A stretch of DNA of 50,316 nucleotides from Terriglobales bacterium. Its GTDB lineage: Bacteria > Acidobacteriota > Terriglobia > Terriglobales > SCQP01. Of this stretch, positions 36,430 through 48,622 are shown piece by piece. The notes beneath the pieces were generated by a model. That model had not been told where the DNA came from and made no database searches. It saw nothing but the letters and a program-made list of their open reading frames with translations. Where the stretch lies: the NCBI GenBank assembly GCA_051959955.1, contig JBQCEU010000100.1, positions 1 to 50,316 on the forward strand, in the 5' to 3' direction. The position numbers and the translations under genes were made by a program. Positions within the stretch are counted from its first letter, which is position 1; each line of letters begins with the position of its first letter.

Positions 36430-38226
36430 ATGTCTCAGTTCTCGGATCAACTCAAGCAGCGTGCCGACCTGGCCAAAATCATCGGCGAGGTGGTGGCTCT
36501 GCGTCCGGGCGGCAATGGCTTTATCGGCCTCTGCCCGTTTCACAACGAGAAGACACCTTCGTTTCACGTTCACACCGCCAAGCGCTTCTACTATTGTTTC
36601 GGCTGCCACGCCCACGGCGACGTTTACCGCTTTTTCATGGACTTGCGCAAGATTGGCTTTCCCGAAGCGGTGGAGCTGGTTGCCGAGCGGATGGGGGTGG
36701 AAGTGCCGCGCAGCGCTGATCCGGCTGCCGCCGATCCGCAGCGCCGCGAGCTCTTGCGCATCCATGCCGCGGCGCGGGATTTCTTCGCCGAGTGCCTGGC
36801 GGGCCGTTTGGGCGCTGCCGCCCGCGCCTACCTGGAGTCGCGTGAGTTGCCCTTCGCGGCGGTACAGCCGTTCCATCTCGGCTACGCCCCGGAATCGGGC
36901 CGCAGCCTCGCCCAGTATCTCGAGGCGCAGAAGGTTACGCCGGCTCTCGCCCTGCGTTCCGGGCTGTGTCAGCTTCGCCGCGAGAGCGCGGCCCGCCAGC
37001 AGCCCGAGCCTGATCCCCATGGCCTGCGCTGGAGCGATCTCTACGATCGCTTCCGCCACCGGCTCATTTTCCCCATCCACGACGAACGGGGCCAGACCAT
37101 CGCATTTGGCGGCCGCAGCCTGGTGAGCGACGACAGGACGCCCAAGTACCTCAATTCTCCCGAGCACCCCCTCTATACCAAAGGCAAAGTGCTCTACAAC
37201 CTCGACCGCGCCCGCGAGGCGATTCGCAACCTGGATCACACCATCCTGGTGGAAGGCTATTTTGACTGCCTGCGCGTGTTCCTGGCCGGCTTCCAGAATG
37301 TGGTAGCAAGCTGCGGCACGGCGCTTACCTCCGCCCAGATCGTCCCGCTCGGGCGCATGAGCAAGAACGCGGTGGTGAACTTCGATCCGGACACGGCCGG
37401 GGCGGCGGCCGCGGAACGGTCCATTGGCCTGCTGCTGGAGGAGGGGTTCAAGATGCGGGTGGTTGTGCTGGAAGGCGGCCTCGACCCCGACCTGTTTATC
37501 CGTCGCCAAGGGGCACCCGCCTATGCCGCCGCCCTGCGATCCAGCCGGTCGTTTTTCGACTATCTGGCGGAGCGGGCGCGGGGTCAGTACGACCTGCGCC
37601 GAGGCGAAGGGAAGTTGCAGGCGGTCAATCATTTACTGCCATTTATTAGTCATATCCATGAGCCTATTTTGAGGCAGAGCGTGGCCGAGAACCTGGCCTC
37701 GCAACTAGGCATTGACCAGCCCCTGCTGACGCGCCAGCTCATCGCCGCCGCCCGGCAGCGGCAAAACCAGTTAACCGGCGAAGCCCTCCGCCCGCCGGAG
37801 ACCCTCTACGCCGAGCGGGTGCTACTCCGTGCCTGGTTGGAATGGGAGCCACGCCGAGGCGAGATCGCGGCCATGGTCGCGGAGGAGGGGCTGCTGGCCG
37901 GCTTGGCGACGGAGAGCATGTTTGAAGCGCTGGCGAGTGCGCCCGCGGGGAGCGACTGGCAGCAACTGACCGAACGGTTGGGGGAAGCCGAGCGGCCCTG
38001 GATGGCACAGATTGTGCTTAGCTCGGATGCCCGCGGCGTCCACGATCCACCGCTGAGTGAAGCCGACTTGGAGGCTGCCCTCGAGAACCTGCGGCAGCGG
38101 CGGCGGGCGAGGGAGCGGCGGCAACTACAGGAGCGAATCCGAGCGGCGGCCGCGGCAGGCGACAAAGCGGGTTTGGCAGCACTCTTGCGGGAGAAAACCG
38201 CCGCCGACGCCCAAAGCAGAAAGTGA
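36430..38226 (+). CDS. dnaG: DNA primase
   Basis: CPFHNEKTPSF..CFGC zinc finger, KYLNSPE, VEGYFD, FDPDTAG and DPD motifs. Confidence 0.97.
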   Translation: MSQFSDQLKQRADLAKIIGEVVALRPGGNGFIGLCPFHNEKTPSFHVHTAKRFYYCFGCHAHGDVYRFFMDLRKIGFPEAVELVAERMGVEVPRSADPAAADPQRRELLRIHAAARDFFAECLAGRLGAAARAYLESRELPFAAVQPFHLGYAPESGRSLAQYLEAQKVTPALALRSGLCQLRRESAARQQPEPDPHGLRWSDLYDRFRHRLIFPIHDERGQTIAFGGRSLVSDDRTPKYLNSPEHPLYTKGKVLYNLDRAREAIRNLDHTILVEGYFDCLRVFLAGFQNVVASCGTALTSAQIVPLGRMSKNAVVNFDPDTAGAAAAERSIGLLLEEGFKMRVVVLEGGLDPDLFIRRQGAPAYAAALRSSRSFFDYLAERARGQYDLRRGEGKLQAVNHLLPFISHIHEPILRQSVAENLASQLGIDQPLLTRQLIAAARQRQNQLTGEALRPPETLYAERVLLRAWLEWEPRRGEIAAMVAEEGLLAGLATESMFEALASAPAGSDWQQLTERLGEAERPWMAQIVLSSDARGVHDPPLSEADLEAALENLRQRRRARERRQLQERIRAAAAAGDKAGLAALLREKTAADAQSRK

Positions 38227-38235
38227 TCGTGGGTC

Positions 38236-38263
38236 GAAACTTCTGGCCCCCACCTTTCATCTA
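38236..38263 (+). promoter_or_regulatory. Putative alternative-sigma promoter GAAAC-N17-CATCTA upstream of rpoD
   Basis: Variant of the AAC-N17-CATC motif. A TAAAAT -10 box also occurs at 38321-38326. Confidence 0.4.
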
Positions 38264-38381
38264 TTGGAGAAGGGGCGCGGCGGTGGCAGGTTTTCATGGC
38301 CAAACCGCTGTCCATCCAAGTAAAATATAGGTTTGCGGCATCAGCCCGGGCGCGTGGCGCCACCTGGAACGAGGAGCAATT

Positions 38382-40058
<1,677 letters not shown>

Positions 40059-40091
40059 CCCACCCGCAGGCCGGCACCCAGGCAGGCACCC

Positions 40092-41555
40092 ATGGACGAA
40101 TTGCATGCGCCGCTGCCGCCCGCTTCCCCCGCCGCCGGACCGGCGGGGTTGAGGTGGTGGGTGCTGGTGGTAGTGCGGGTGGTGGGCCTATGCGGCGGTT
40201 GGGCGTTGGCGCGGTGGAGGAATCCCAGCCATGGCAGCGCGCCGGCGCTCACCCAGTCGCTGGCGGCGGCGGAGAGCCGCGTGGCGCCGGCGGTGGTCAC
40301 CATCGCGGTGCAGAGCAGCCGGCCGGTGCGTGGCCGTTTTCGCCAACCGGCCAATCGCAAGGCTCCGGACTTCCCCCGGCTGGATCACAGTCAAGGCTCG
40401 GGCGTGATCGTGGATGCGCGCGGCTACGTGCTTACCAATCGCCATGTGGTGCGGCGCGCGGTGCGCATCCAAGTCTCGGTGGCAGGCGATTCCCGCCCCT
40501 ACTTCGCGCGCTTGGTAGGAGAAGATCCCGACACGGACCTGGCGCTGCTCAAGATTGATGCCACGCACCCGCTGCCCACGGTGCGGTTCGGTGATTCCGC
40601 GCGCCTGGCGGTGGGCGACTGGGTGGTGGCGATTGGCAGCCCGTTCGGCCTGGACGGCACGGTGACCGCCGGCATTATCAGCTCCCTCCATCGGTCGGTG
40701 GATCCATCGAAGCAATTCGAAAGTTTCATTCAAACCGACGCGCCCATCAACCCGGGCAACAGCGGTGGGCCGCTGGTGGATCTCCGCGGGGAGGTGATCG
40801 GCATCAACACTGCCATCTACACCGAATCGGATGGCTATCAGGGCATCGGCTTCGCGCTGCCCAGCGATCTGGTTGCGCACGTCATCCCGGCGCTCCTGCA
40901 GCATGGGAAGGTGACCCGGGGTTCCATCGGTGTTTACTTCGAGAGCCAGCTTGACCCAGCCGTGCGCCGCGTTTATGGGCTGCCGAGTGGCGTTCCCCTG
41001 ACACAAGTTGCGGCCAAGGGCCCGGCGGCCAGCGCCGGCCTGAAAGCCGGAGATGTCATCACGTCGCTTGATCAGCAGCCGGTCGCGGATGGCTCGACGC
41101 TCATGCAGAGGATCGAGTTCCTGCCGGTCGGGACTTCGCTGCGGGTAGGCTACGAACGCGATGGTCAGAGCCGCACCGCGACGGTGCGGGTTGCCGATCG
41201 TGACCAGCTTTACCCGCCGCCCGCGGGCGACCGGATCGGAGCCGTAGCGGCGTCGGCGCGGACGCAGCCCAATCTGGGCATGGTGTTGGAAGACTCCACC
41301 AAGGCGCCGGTGGAGGTGATTGGGGTCACCCCGGATTCGTTCGCTGACCAGATCGGGGTTGAGGCGGGAGACGAGATCCTGCAATGCAACCGCCAGCCGG
41401 TCGGCAGCCGCCGTGCTTTCACGGCTTTGATCCGGTCGTTGCGGCCGGGCGCCGATGTGGCGATACTGGTGGCACGCCACGACGATCAGGGCGGGGTGAG
41501 CCGCTGGTTGTTGGGCGGTACACTGCCGCCGCCACTGGCGGTCAACTTGCCATGA
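40092..41555 (+). CDS. HtrA/DegP-family serine protease with two PDZ domains
   Basis: Catalytic triad motifs LTNRHVV, DTDLAL and GNSGGPL; N-terminal hydrophobic segment; two PDZ-like GD(V/E)I segments. Confidence 0.93.
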   Translation: MDELHAPLPPASPAAGPAGLRWWVLVVVRVVGLCGGWALARWRNPSHGSAPALTQSLAAAESRVAPAVVTIAVQSSRPVRGRFRQPANRKAPDFPRLDHSQGSGVIVDARGYVLTNRHVVRRAVRIQVSVAGDSRPYFARLVGEDPDTDLALLKIDATHPLPTVRFGDSARLAVGDWVVAIGSPFGLDGTVTAGIISSLHRSVDPSKQFESFIQTDAPINPGNSGGPLVDLRGEVIGINTAIYTESDGYQGIGFALPSDLVAHVIPALLQHGKVTRGSIGVYFESQLDPAVRRVYGLPSGVPLTQVAAKGPAASAGLKAGDVITSLDQQPVADGSTLMQRIEFLPVGTSLRVGYERDGQSRTATVRVADRDQLYPPPAGDRIGAVAASARTQPNLGMVLEDSTKAPVEVIGVTPDSFADQIGVEAGDEILQCNRQPVGSRRAFTALIRSLRPGADVAILVARHDDQGGVSRWLLGGTLPPPLAVNLP

Positions 41556-41899
41556 ATTTCCTGCTCTATGCGGTTCTTGTCGCTGCTCCCTGGCAGCACC
41601 CGAAGCCCCATCCCAAGCGAGCCCGGAAGGCCGTCCATCATGCGGCACCCAAGCCAGAGACCATGAGCGGGCAGCGGGCGGCGGAGATTCAGCAGGCGCT
41701 GATCGGGGCCGGGTACCTCAAAGTGGCCAGCGGTCAATGGGATGCGGCCACAGCCGCTGCCATGAAGAAATACCAGGCCGATCACCACTGGCAGACGCGG
41801 TTTGCGCCTGATGCGCGGGCGCTGCTGGCGCTGGGGCTGGTGCATCCCGCGGCCAGCACCGCCGTGGCGTCCAACGGCGGGGGCAAGCCGCAACCTTAG
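41552..41899 (+). CDS. Small exported peptidoglycan-binding-domain protein
   Basis: ATG overlaps the htrA stop; EIQQALIGAGYL..GQWDAATAAAMKKYQADH..PDARALLALGL. Confidence 0.8.
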   Translation: MNFLLYAVLVAAPWQHPKPHPKRARKAVHHAAPKPETMSGQRAAEIQQALIGAGYLKVASGQWDAATAAAMKKYQADHHWQTRFAPDARALLALGLVHPAASTAVASNGGGKPQP

Positions 41900-41917
41900 G
41901 CCCAGGGCGGGCATCCC
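41890..41917 (+). promoter_or_regulatory. Putative alternative-sigma promoter GCAAC-N17-CATCCC
   Basis: Elements and spacing identical to the osmC upstream motif; no plus-strand gene downstream, only the structured element starting 7 nt later. Confidence 0.6.
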
Positions 41918-41924
41918 AAATACT

Positions 41925-42062
41925 GGCCCCCCTCAAGCACCGCCGCGTGCTGTGGCCGCCGGCGAGGCCGGATGCCTCACCAGCAGAGCCCCGAAACGGC
42001 GGTGCCGCCGTGGGGCGGCCGCCGGTGGGTCGCGCCTTCGGGCAGCGGCCAAGAGGGGGGCC
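41925..42062 (+). ncRNA. Candidate structured non-coding RNA (~138 nt), family not recognised
   Basis: 10-bp terminal stem, 9-bp and 5-bp nested stems, a cUUCGg-capped hairpin and its own promoter-like motif; lies between convergent genes. Confidence 0.6.
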
Positions 42063-42078
42063 GAATAGGAACAGGTTG

Positions 42079-42651
42079 TCAGGCGGCGGGCTGGCTGGCT
42101 TGCGGCAACACCGCGCCGCGAATCCCGATGCGGTGCTGATAGACGAGGGTGCCGCCGAGCTGGGCCGCGGTCGCGGCCAGGGCGAAGCCGGCCAAGGCCG
42201 AACGCCGACCATGGCCAGGCCGCCGGCGACGCAAGAAGGAGAGGGTGAAGGCGCTCACCCCCAGCACGTTCACGAGGCCATGCACCAGGCCAATGCGCCG
42301 CACTTCACGGTCGGTGATCTGGTGCCAGTCGGCCAGCCCGGTGACTGCGGCGGCGAGGGCGCCGGCCAAACCGATGCCGATCGCTCCGCGGGCAGCGCTG
42401 GCCCAAGGCTGCCGCGGCTGGCGGCCGGCCATGAGATCGAAAATCAGAGCCGTGGTCCAAGCGCCCAAGGGCACATCGGTGAGCATGGCGTGCAGGGGGT
42501 GGCCGAGCGGTTCACCATGGGCCCAGGCACGGAGCTGATCGCGCCGCGGACCGAGGCTCTCGATCACCGTGTCCAACCCGCGATGCAGGCCATCGGCTAC
42601 GGGATCAATCCATTGCTGGCGGGCAGCAGTTTGGGCAAGCGTGCGGGTCAT
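42079..42651 (-). CDS. DUF2231-like membrane protein
   Basis: HGEPLGHPLHAMLTDVPLGAW, TGLADW, GLVHG and LGGTLVY motifs. Confidence 0.8.
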   Translation of the reverse strand: MTRTLAQTAARQQWIDPVADGLHRGLDTVIESLGPRRDQLRAWAHGEPLGHPLHAMLTDVPLGAWTTALIFDLMAGRQPRQPWASAARGAIGIGLAGALAAAVTGLADWHQITDREVRRIGLVHGLVNVLGVSAFTLSFLRRRRPGHGRRSALAGFALAATAAQLGGTLVYQHRIGIRGAVLPQASQPAA

Positions 42652-42701
42652 AGGCTATGCGATTGCCCGGCGTGACCGCGAGTTGGCCGAGGCTGCGGCC
42701 G

Positions 42702-43148
42702 TTAGGCCGTTTTTCGCTCGCCCGGAGACGCTACCAGAATGGCTGAGAGGCGGATCGGCGTGGCGGCGAGGGCGCGTGAGACCGGGCAGTTGCGCCGGGC
42801 TTCCTCGGTAACCTGCTGGAACTGCTCTTCGCTGATGCCCCGCACCGCGGCTTCGCAGGCCAGGTCTATGGCGCTGATGGCGTAGGCGCCGTCCTGCAGG
42901 CCAAAATGCACCTGCGCCCGGGTGAAGATGTGGAGTGGTTCGGCGTGGGCACGGCTGAGAGCCACGGCCAAGGCCATGGAGTAACAGCCGGCGTGGGCGG
43001 CGCCCAGCAGCTCCTCTGGATTGGTGCCGGCGCCGGTTTCCATGCGGGAAGCATAGGTGAACGGTCCCTGGTAATCGGCAAAGTGCATGGTCCCCTTGCC
43101 CTGCTTCAAATCGCCCCACCACTGGGCCTCGGCCGTCCGTACCTGCAT
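42702..43148 (-). CDS. osmC: OsmC-family peroxiredoxin
   Basis: [35 protein letters not shown] and CPVSRAL; AGGAGG RBS before ATG 43148. Confidence 0.92.
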   Translation of the reverse strand: MQVRTAEAQWWGDLKQGKGTMHFADYQGPFTYASRMETGAGTNPEELLGAAHAGCYSMALAVALSRAHAEPLHIFTRAQVHFGLQDGAYAISAIDLACEAAVRGISEEQFQQVTEEARRNCPVSRALAATPIRLSAILVASPGERKTA

Positions 43149-43173
43149 GGCCAACCTCCTTTTCCCTGCCATG

Positions 43174-43200
43174 GGATGTCTTTTGAGCGGCGACTGTTGC
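43174..43200 (-). promoter_or_regulatory. Putative alternative-sigma promoter GCAAC-N17-CATCC upstream of osmC
   Basis: The minus strand reads GCAACagtcgccgctcaaaagaCATCCc. Confidence 0.6.
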
Positions 43201-43236
43201 GCTGGGGGAGGGCCGAGCCTTGTAAACTGGTATCGC

Positions 43237-44733
43237 ATGCCAGAAACCACCACGCTAAAGAATTGGATCGGCGGCCGCTGGAGCGAGCCGCATTCGGGCG
43301 CCTGGCTGGAGCGCCACAACCCGGCGGATGCGCGCGAGCTGGTTGCCCGCGTCCCCGCCTCGGATGCCCAGGATGCCGATGCCGCTCTGGCCGCCGCCGC
43401 CGCCGCCTTCCCCGGCTGGCGCGCCACCCCCGCGCCGCGGCGTGCCGAGATCCTCTTCCGCGCCGCCCAGCTCCTGGTGGAGCGCAAGGAAGCCTACGCC
43501 GTTACGATGACGCGCGAGATGGGCAAGGTGCTCGAGGAAACGCGCGGCGACGTTCAGGAAGCGATCGACATGCTCTATTTCATGGCGGGCGAAGGGCGCC
43601 GCCTGTACGGTCAGACCACGCCTTCCGAGCTGGCGAACAAAGTCTGCATGACCACCCGCGCTCCGCTGGGTGTGGCGGCGTTGATTACGCCTTGGAACTT
43701 TCCGATGGCGATCCCGAGCTGGAAGCTGGCGCCCTGCCTGCTGTGCGGCAATACCGCCGTGCTCAAGCCCGCCGACGACACCCCGCTTTCGGCCATGAAC
43801 TTCGTGCAGACGCTGAGCGATGCCGGCCTGCCGCCGGGGGTGGTGAATGTAGTGTTTGGGCGCGGCCCGGAAGCGGGGGCGCCGCTGGTGACCGATCCTC
43901 GCAGCCGGATTGTCAGCTTCACCGGCTCGACGGCGGTAGGCAGGGAAGTCGGGCAGAAGGCGGCGGCAGGGTTCAAGCACTGCAACCTGGAGATGGGCGG
44001 CAAGAACGCCATCATCGTGCTCGACGACGCCGATCTGGAGCTGGCGGTGGACGGCTGCCTGTGGGGGGCCTTCGGCACCAGCGGGCAGCGGTGCACGGCC
44101 ACCAGCCGCATCATCCTGCAGCGGGGCATCCACGACCGCTTTCTGGCAGCCTTGGAAAAGCGCGCGCGGGAGCTCAAGCTGGGCAACGGTCTGGAAGCGG
44201 GCGTGCAGGTCGGGCCGGTGGTCAATGAGAAGCAAATGCGGCGCATCCTGGACTACATCGCGATCGGCAAGAGCGAAGGCGCCCGGCTGGTGCTGGGCGG
44301 CGAACAGGTCACCAGCGGCGCTTGCGGCCAGGGCTACTTCATCGCGCCCACCATTTTTGCGGGCGTGAAGCCGAAGATGCGCATCGCGCAAGAGGAAATC
44401 TTTGGCCCGGTGGTTTCGCTGCTGAGCTGCGAGGGATTGGAAGACGCGATCGCCATCGCCAACGATGTGCCTTACGGACTGTCGTCGTCGCTCTACACGG
44501 CCAATGTCAATGCCGCCTTCCGCGCCCTGCGCGATCTCGACACCGGCATTGTATACATCAACGCCCCCACCATCGGCGCCGAAGTCCATCTTCCCTTTGG
44601 TGGAGTTCGGAATACCGGCAATGGACATCGGGAGAGCGGATTGGCCACCCTCGACGTCTACAGCGAGTGGAAGACGCTGTATGTGGACTTCAGCGGCCGT
44701 CTGCAACGCGCGCAGATTGATACAGGTGAATAA
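43237..44733 (+). CDS. Aldehyde dehydrogenase family protein
   Basis: [28 protein letters not shown] and EEIFGP; start ATG 43237. Confidence 0.95.
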   Translation: MPETTTLKNWIGGRWSEPHSGAWLERHNPADARELVARVPASDAQDADAALAAAAAAFPGWRATPAPRRAEILFRAAQLLVERKEAYAVTMTREMGKVLEETRGDVQEAIDMLYFMAGEGRRLYGQTTPSELANKVCMTTRAPLGVAALITPWNFPMAIPSWKLAPCLLCGNTAVLKPADDTPLSAMNFVQTLSDAGLPPGVVNVVFGRGPEAGAPLVTDPRSRIVSFTGSTAVGREVGQKAAAGFKHCNLEMGGKNAIIVLDDADLELAVDGCLWGAFGTSGQRCTATSRIILQRGIHDRFLAALEKRARELKLGNGLEAGVQVGPVVNEKQMRRILDYIAIGKSEGARLVLGGEQVTSGACGQGYFIAPTIFAGVKPKMRIAQEEIFGPVVSLLSCEGLEDAIAIANDVPYGLSSSLYTANVNAAFRALRDLDTGIVYINAPTIGAEVHLPFGGVRNTGNGHRESGLATLDVYSEWKTLYVDFSGRLQRAQIDTGE

Positions 44734-44739
44734 GCAGCC

Positions 44740-45852
44740 ATGATCATTGGTGTCCCCCGCGAACTGAAGGATCACGAGACCCGGGTCGGCCTGGTGCCGG
44801 GCGGGGTCCACGAACTCACCGGCTTGGGCCATCAGGTGCTGGTGGAAACCGGCGCCGGTCAGGCTTCGTTTTTCGACGACGAGGAGTACAAACGCGCGGG
44901 GGCCGAGATGGTCACCTCAGCCAAGGAACTCTGGTCGCGGGCCGAGATGGTCTGCAAGGTGAAAGAACCGATAGACCCGGAGTACAGGTTTTTCCGCCCC
45001 GGCCTGGTGCTGTTTACCTATCTGCATTTGGCGCCGCTGCCGGAGCTGACGGAACAGCTTCTGCAAAAAGAGGTGACTGCCATCGCCTACGAGACGGTCA
45101 GCGAGGGTCCGCACCGTTTGCCCTTGCTCGAGCCCATGAGCGAAGTGGCAGGGCGCCTGGCCGTCCAAGTGGGGGCGCAGTTTCTGGAGCGGCGTTACGG
45201 CGGCCGCGGCATGCTGCTGGGCGGCGTGCCGGGGGTGCGGCCGGCACGCGTGCTGGTGATCGGCGGCGGTATCGTGGGAACCAACTCGGTCAAGATGGCG
45301 GCGGGGCTGGGGGCGGTGGTCACGGTGGCCGACCGCAGCGCACTCAGGCTGCGCCAGCTCGATGACCAGTTCGGCGGCCGGGTGATCACCATGTATGCCA
45401 ACCCGGCCAACATCGCCGATGCCGCGCGCGAGGCCGATCTGCTCATCGGAGCGGTGCTCATTCCGGGCGCCAGCGCCCCCAAGCTGGTCACCCGAGAGAT
45501 GGTTTCGCAGATGAAGCGGGGGGCGGTGATCGTGGATGTTTCCATTGATCAGGGCGGGTGCATTGAGACCGCTCATCCCACCACCCACACCCACCCCTCG
45601 TATATCGAGATGGATGTGGTGCACTAATGCGTGACCAATATGCCGGCTGCCGTGCCACGCACCTCCACCCTGGCGCTCACCAATGCCACCTTTGCATACG
45701 TACGCAAGCTGGCTGATCACGGCGTGGTGGCAGCGGTGCAGTCGGATCCGGGCCTCTACGCCGGGGTCAATACCTACCGTGGCGCCCTCACCTATCAGGC
45801 CGTCGCCGAAGCCCAGAGCCGTCCCTATAAGGCTTTGAGCGAATTGTTATAA
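44740..45852 (+). pseudogene. ald: Alanine dehydrogenase interrupted by an in-frame TAA at 45625-45627 (pseudogene or sequence error)
   Basis: MIIGVPRELKDHETRV, KVKEP, FTYLHLA and DQGGC..PTTH motifs; the frame reads [17 protein letters not shown] where Ald has VVHYCVxNMP. Confidence 0.85.
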
Positions 45853-45853
45853 T
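45845..45853 (+). promoter_or_regulatory. Extended -10 promoter (TGnTATAAT) for hrcA
   Basis: TGTTATAAT lies 6 nt before the hrcA GTG and overlaps the ald terminal stop codon. Confidence 0.65.
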
Positions 45854-45859
45854 TAAAGC

Positions 45860-46948
45860 GTGCGTGATCTGCCTCACGAGGTCGTGGCTGGCCAGCCGGA
45901 AGGCCGGCAAGCAGCGGTTTTGCAGGCGCTGGTCGAGACGTATTTGGCGACCGGGGCGCCAGTGGGGTCGCGCCTGCTGGCCGAGACCCAGCTCACCGGC
46001 ATTTGCTCGGCGACAGTGCGCAACGTCTTCGGCGATCTTGTCCGTTCCGGCTACCTGACGCAGCCGCACACCTCGGCGGGCCGGGTGCCCACGACGCGGG
46101 CCATTCGGTGGTGGTTGCAGCAGCTCGACGCGCCGGCGCCGACGACGGACACGGCCGCCGCCCAAGAGCTCGAACACTCGCTGCGCGCCGCCGGGGACGA
46201 AACCACGCTGTGGCTGCGCGCCTCGGAATTTCTTTCGGAAAGTTCCCAGCAAGTAGGCATGGTGGCGCTGGCTCCATGGCGGGATGCGGGGTTGAAGTAC
46301 CTGCGCTTTTTCCGCCTGACCGACCGCCGCGTGCTGGTGATCCTGGTGGCCGCTGACGGGCAGGTGCGGGAACGGGTGGGGCGCGTGCCCGAAGCTTATA
46401 CCCAGGCGGAGCTGGACGAGGCCTCGCGCTTCTTCAACCAACACTTCAGCGGCGCCACCCTGGCCCGCATACAGCGCGAGCTGTGGCACCGGCTGGAGGA
46501 GGAACGCGCCGCCTACGACGCGCTGCTGAAGCGGGTGGTGGTGCTCTCGCACTGCGGCGTTCTGGAGGCGCAGGACGGCGGCGAGGTCTTTTTCCAGGGG
46601 GCCAGCCATCTGGCCGGCATGCTGGATACCGAACATCTGGCCGCAATGCTGGAGCAGTTGCAGCAAAAGGAGCGGTGGCTTCGCCTGCTGACCGGCCTCG
46701 ATCAGGACGCCTCCGATGAATGGGTGGAGTGGACCCAGGGTGAGAGCGGAGGCGAGGCGCGGTGCTGGCTGCGGGTGCGAGTGGGGCTGGATGACAACCT
46801 GCCGGAATTGTCGCTGATCAGCGCCAACTACGGCAGCGGCGCCATCGGCATCCTGGGGTCAACCCGGATGGAATACCAGCGCGCCCTGGGAGCGGTAACG
46901 CTGGTGCGGGAAGTCTGCCGCCGTGTGCTGGGAGAAACGACGACCTAA
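45860..46948 (+). CDS. hrcA: Heat-inducible transcription repressor HrcA
   Basis: PVGSR, SATVRN, GYLTQPHTSAGRVPT and GILGSTRMEY motifs. Confidence 0.93.
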   Translation: MRDLPHEVVAGQPEGRQAAVLQALVETYLATGAPVGSRLLAETQLTGICSATVRNVFGDLVRSGYLTQPHTSAGRVPTTRAIRWWLQQLDAPAPTTDTAAAQELEHSLRAAGDETTLWLRASEFLSESSQQVGMVALAPWRDAGLKYLRFFRLTDRRVLVILVAADGQVRERVGRVPEAYTQAELDEASRFFNQHFSGATLARIQRELWHRLEEERAAYDALLKRVVVLSHCGVLEAQDGGEVFFQGASHLAGMLDTEHLAAMLEQLQQKERWLRLLTGLDQDASDEWVEWTQGESGGEARCWLRVRVGLDDNLPELSLISANYGSGAIGILGSTRMEYQRALGAVTLVREVCRRVLGETTT

Positions 46949-46950
46949 TC

Positions 46951-47493
46951 ATGTCTGATCCGCAAGCCAACCCGAACGAGACCATGATCGGCCCGGAGCA
47001 CGAGCTGGCGGCGAGCGAACCACCGGCCGAGTTGGAGGCCGAAGTTGCCCGCCTGACCGCCGAACGGGACGGGCTGCAGGACAAGTTATTGCGCGCCCTG
47101 GCGGAGGCCGACAATGCGCGCAAGCGCTTCGCGCGCGACCTGCAGGACGCCCACGCGCGGGCGGTGATGGACGCCGTACGGCCGTTTCTGCCCGTGCTCG
47201 ACAGCTTTGAGCTGGCCGCGGCCCATGCCGGCGCCAGCGCCAGCGGGGAGATGCGCAGCGGCCTGGAGGCCCTGCACCGGCAATTGCTGGATGCGGTGCG
47301 GAAAGCCGGCCTGGAGGCGGTGGACGCGCCGGCGGGCCAGCCCTTCGATCCCCATCTCCATGAAGCCCTGGAGATGGTGGACACCGACACCGTCGCCGAC
47401 GGCCACGTGGTGGAGCAACTGCAGCGGGGTTACAAGCTGCGCGATCGCCTGGTGCGTCCGGCGATGGTGCGCGTGGCGCGGCGGGCCTCCTGA
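46951..47493 (+). CDS. grpE: Nucleotide exchange factor GrpE
   Basis: [28 protein letters not shown] and [14 protein letters not shown] motifs. Confidence 0.95.
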   Translation: MSDPQANPNETMIGPEHELAASEPPAELEAEVARLTAERDGLQDKLLRALAEADNARKRFARDLQDAHARAVMDAVRPFLPVLDSFELAAAHAGASASGEMRSGLEALHRQLLDAVRKAGLEAVDAPAGQPFDPHLHEALEMVDTDTVADGHVVEQLQRGYKLRDRLVRPAMVRVARRAS

Positions 47494-47501
47494 CGCCTGG
47501 C

Positions 47502-48620
47502 ATGAGCGAAAAACGGGATTATTACGAGATCCTGGGCGTGGCCCGCGACGCCGGGGAGACGGAGATCAAGAGCGCCTACCGGCGGCTGGCGATGAAGTAT
47601 CACCCGGACCGCAATCAGGGGGACGCGGCCTCGGAGGAAGCCTTCAAGCAGGCCTCGGAAGCCTACAGCGTGCTCTCCGACAGCCAGAAGCGGGCCCAGT
47701 ACGACCGCTTCGGGCACGCCGGGGTGGGCGGCAACGGCGGCGGTTTTGACCCCAGCGCGTTCACCGACTTCGCCGACATCTTCGGCGACTTCTTCGGTTT
47801 TGGGGATCTGTTCGGCGGGACGCGGCGGCCGCGCAAGGGGGCGCAGCGCGGCGGCGATCTGCGCTACGACCTGGAGATCTCCTTCGAACAGTCCATGGAA
47901 GGCGCGGAGGTGGAGATCAAGTTCGAGCGCCTCACGGTCTGCGACGCCTGCCAGGGCAAGCGCACCCGCGGCGGCGTCGCTCCCGCCACCTGCTCCACCT
48001 GCGGCGGGCGGGGCCAGGTGCGGTTTCAACAGGGATTTTTCAGCGTGGCGCGCACCTGCCCGGCCTGCGGCGGCGCGGGCGCGGTGATTCATGATCCCTG
48101 CCCGCTTTGCCGGGGGCAGGGGAGAGTGCAGCGGGAGATCCGCCGCACCGTGGCCGTGCCGGCGGGGATTGAAGAAGGCATGCAGTTGCGGTTGAGCGGC
48201 GAAGGCGAGGCGGGGGTGGGCGGCGGTCCGGCCGGGGACCTCTACGTGCTCATCCACGTGCGGGCGCACCCGTTTTTTCAGCGCAAGGGGACGGAGCTGG
48301 TCTGCTCCATTCCGATCTCGTTTCCGCAGGCGGCGCTGGGCTGCACGGTCCGGGTGCCGACGCCCTGGGGCGAGGAGGATGCCCATGTGCCTGCGGGAAC
48401 GGCGAGTGGCGCGGAGCTGACGCCGTTGAAGGGCAAGGGTGCACCGCGGGTGAACGGCCGTGGCCGCGGCGACCTGCACGTGTTCGTGCAGATCGAGGTT
48501 CCCAAGAAGCTGACGCGCGAGCAGAAGCAACTGCTGCAGGAACTCGATCGGCTGATGCCCAACCAGAACCTGCCCCACGACGCCGGCCGGTTCGAAAAAG
48601 TGCGCGATTTAGTCGGGTAG
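47502..48620 (+). CDS. dnaJ: Chaperone DnaJ
   Basis: J-domain HPD, G/F-rich region and four CxxCxG repeats. Confidence 0.97.
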   Translation: MSEKRDYYEILGVARDAGETEIKSAYRRLAMKYHPDRNQGDAASEEAFKQASEAYSVLSDSQKRAQYDRFGHAGVGGNGGGFDPSAFTDFADIFGDFFGFGDLFGGTRRPRKGAQRGGDLRYDLEISFEQSMEGAEVEIKFERLTVCDACQGKRTRGGVAPATCSTCGGRGQVRFQQGFFSVARTCPACGGAGAVIHDPCPLCRGQGRVQREIRRTVAVPAGIEEGMQLRLSGEGEAGVGGGPAGDLYVLIHVRAHPFFQRKGTELVCSIPISFPQAALGCTVRVPTPWGEEDAHVPAGTASGAELTPLKGKGAPRVNGRGRGDLHVFVQIEVPKKLTREQKQLLQELDRLMPNQNLPHDAGRFEKVRDLVG

Positions 48621-48622
48621 CC

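Noticed and set aside
34933-37632. 899-aa minus-strand ORF
   Set aside because: It is antisense to dnaG and out of frame with tonB, typical of GC-rich shadow ORFs. Only the last 87 codons look like a real gene.
40067-40091. Short tandem duplication caggccggcacc/caggcaggcacc before htrA, and two ATGACGGC copies in the tonB-dnaG gap
   Set aside because: Only two short imperfect copies in GC-rich DNA; not distinguishable from chance.
41895-42072. HDV-like or hammerhead ribozyme, or FMN riboswitch, reading of the structured element
   Set aside because: CGAA follows the closing stem, but no P1/P2 partners were found upstream. There is no CUGANGA core. AGGGCGGG lacks the remaining FMN motifs and no gene lies downstream in sense.
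45625-45627. Programmed recoding (Sec/Pyl or alternative genetic code) in ald
   Set aside because: The codon is TAA at a conserved Tyr position, and TAA serves as a normal stop for other genes in the window.
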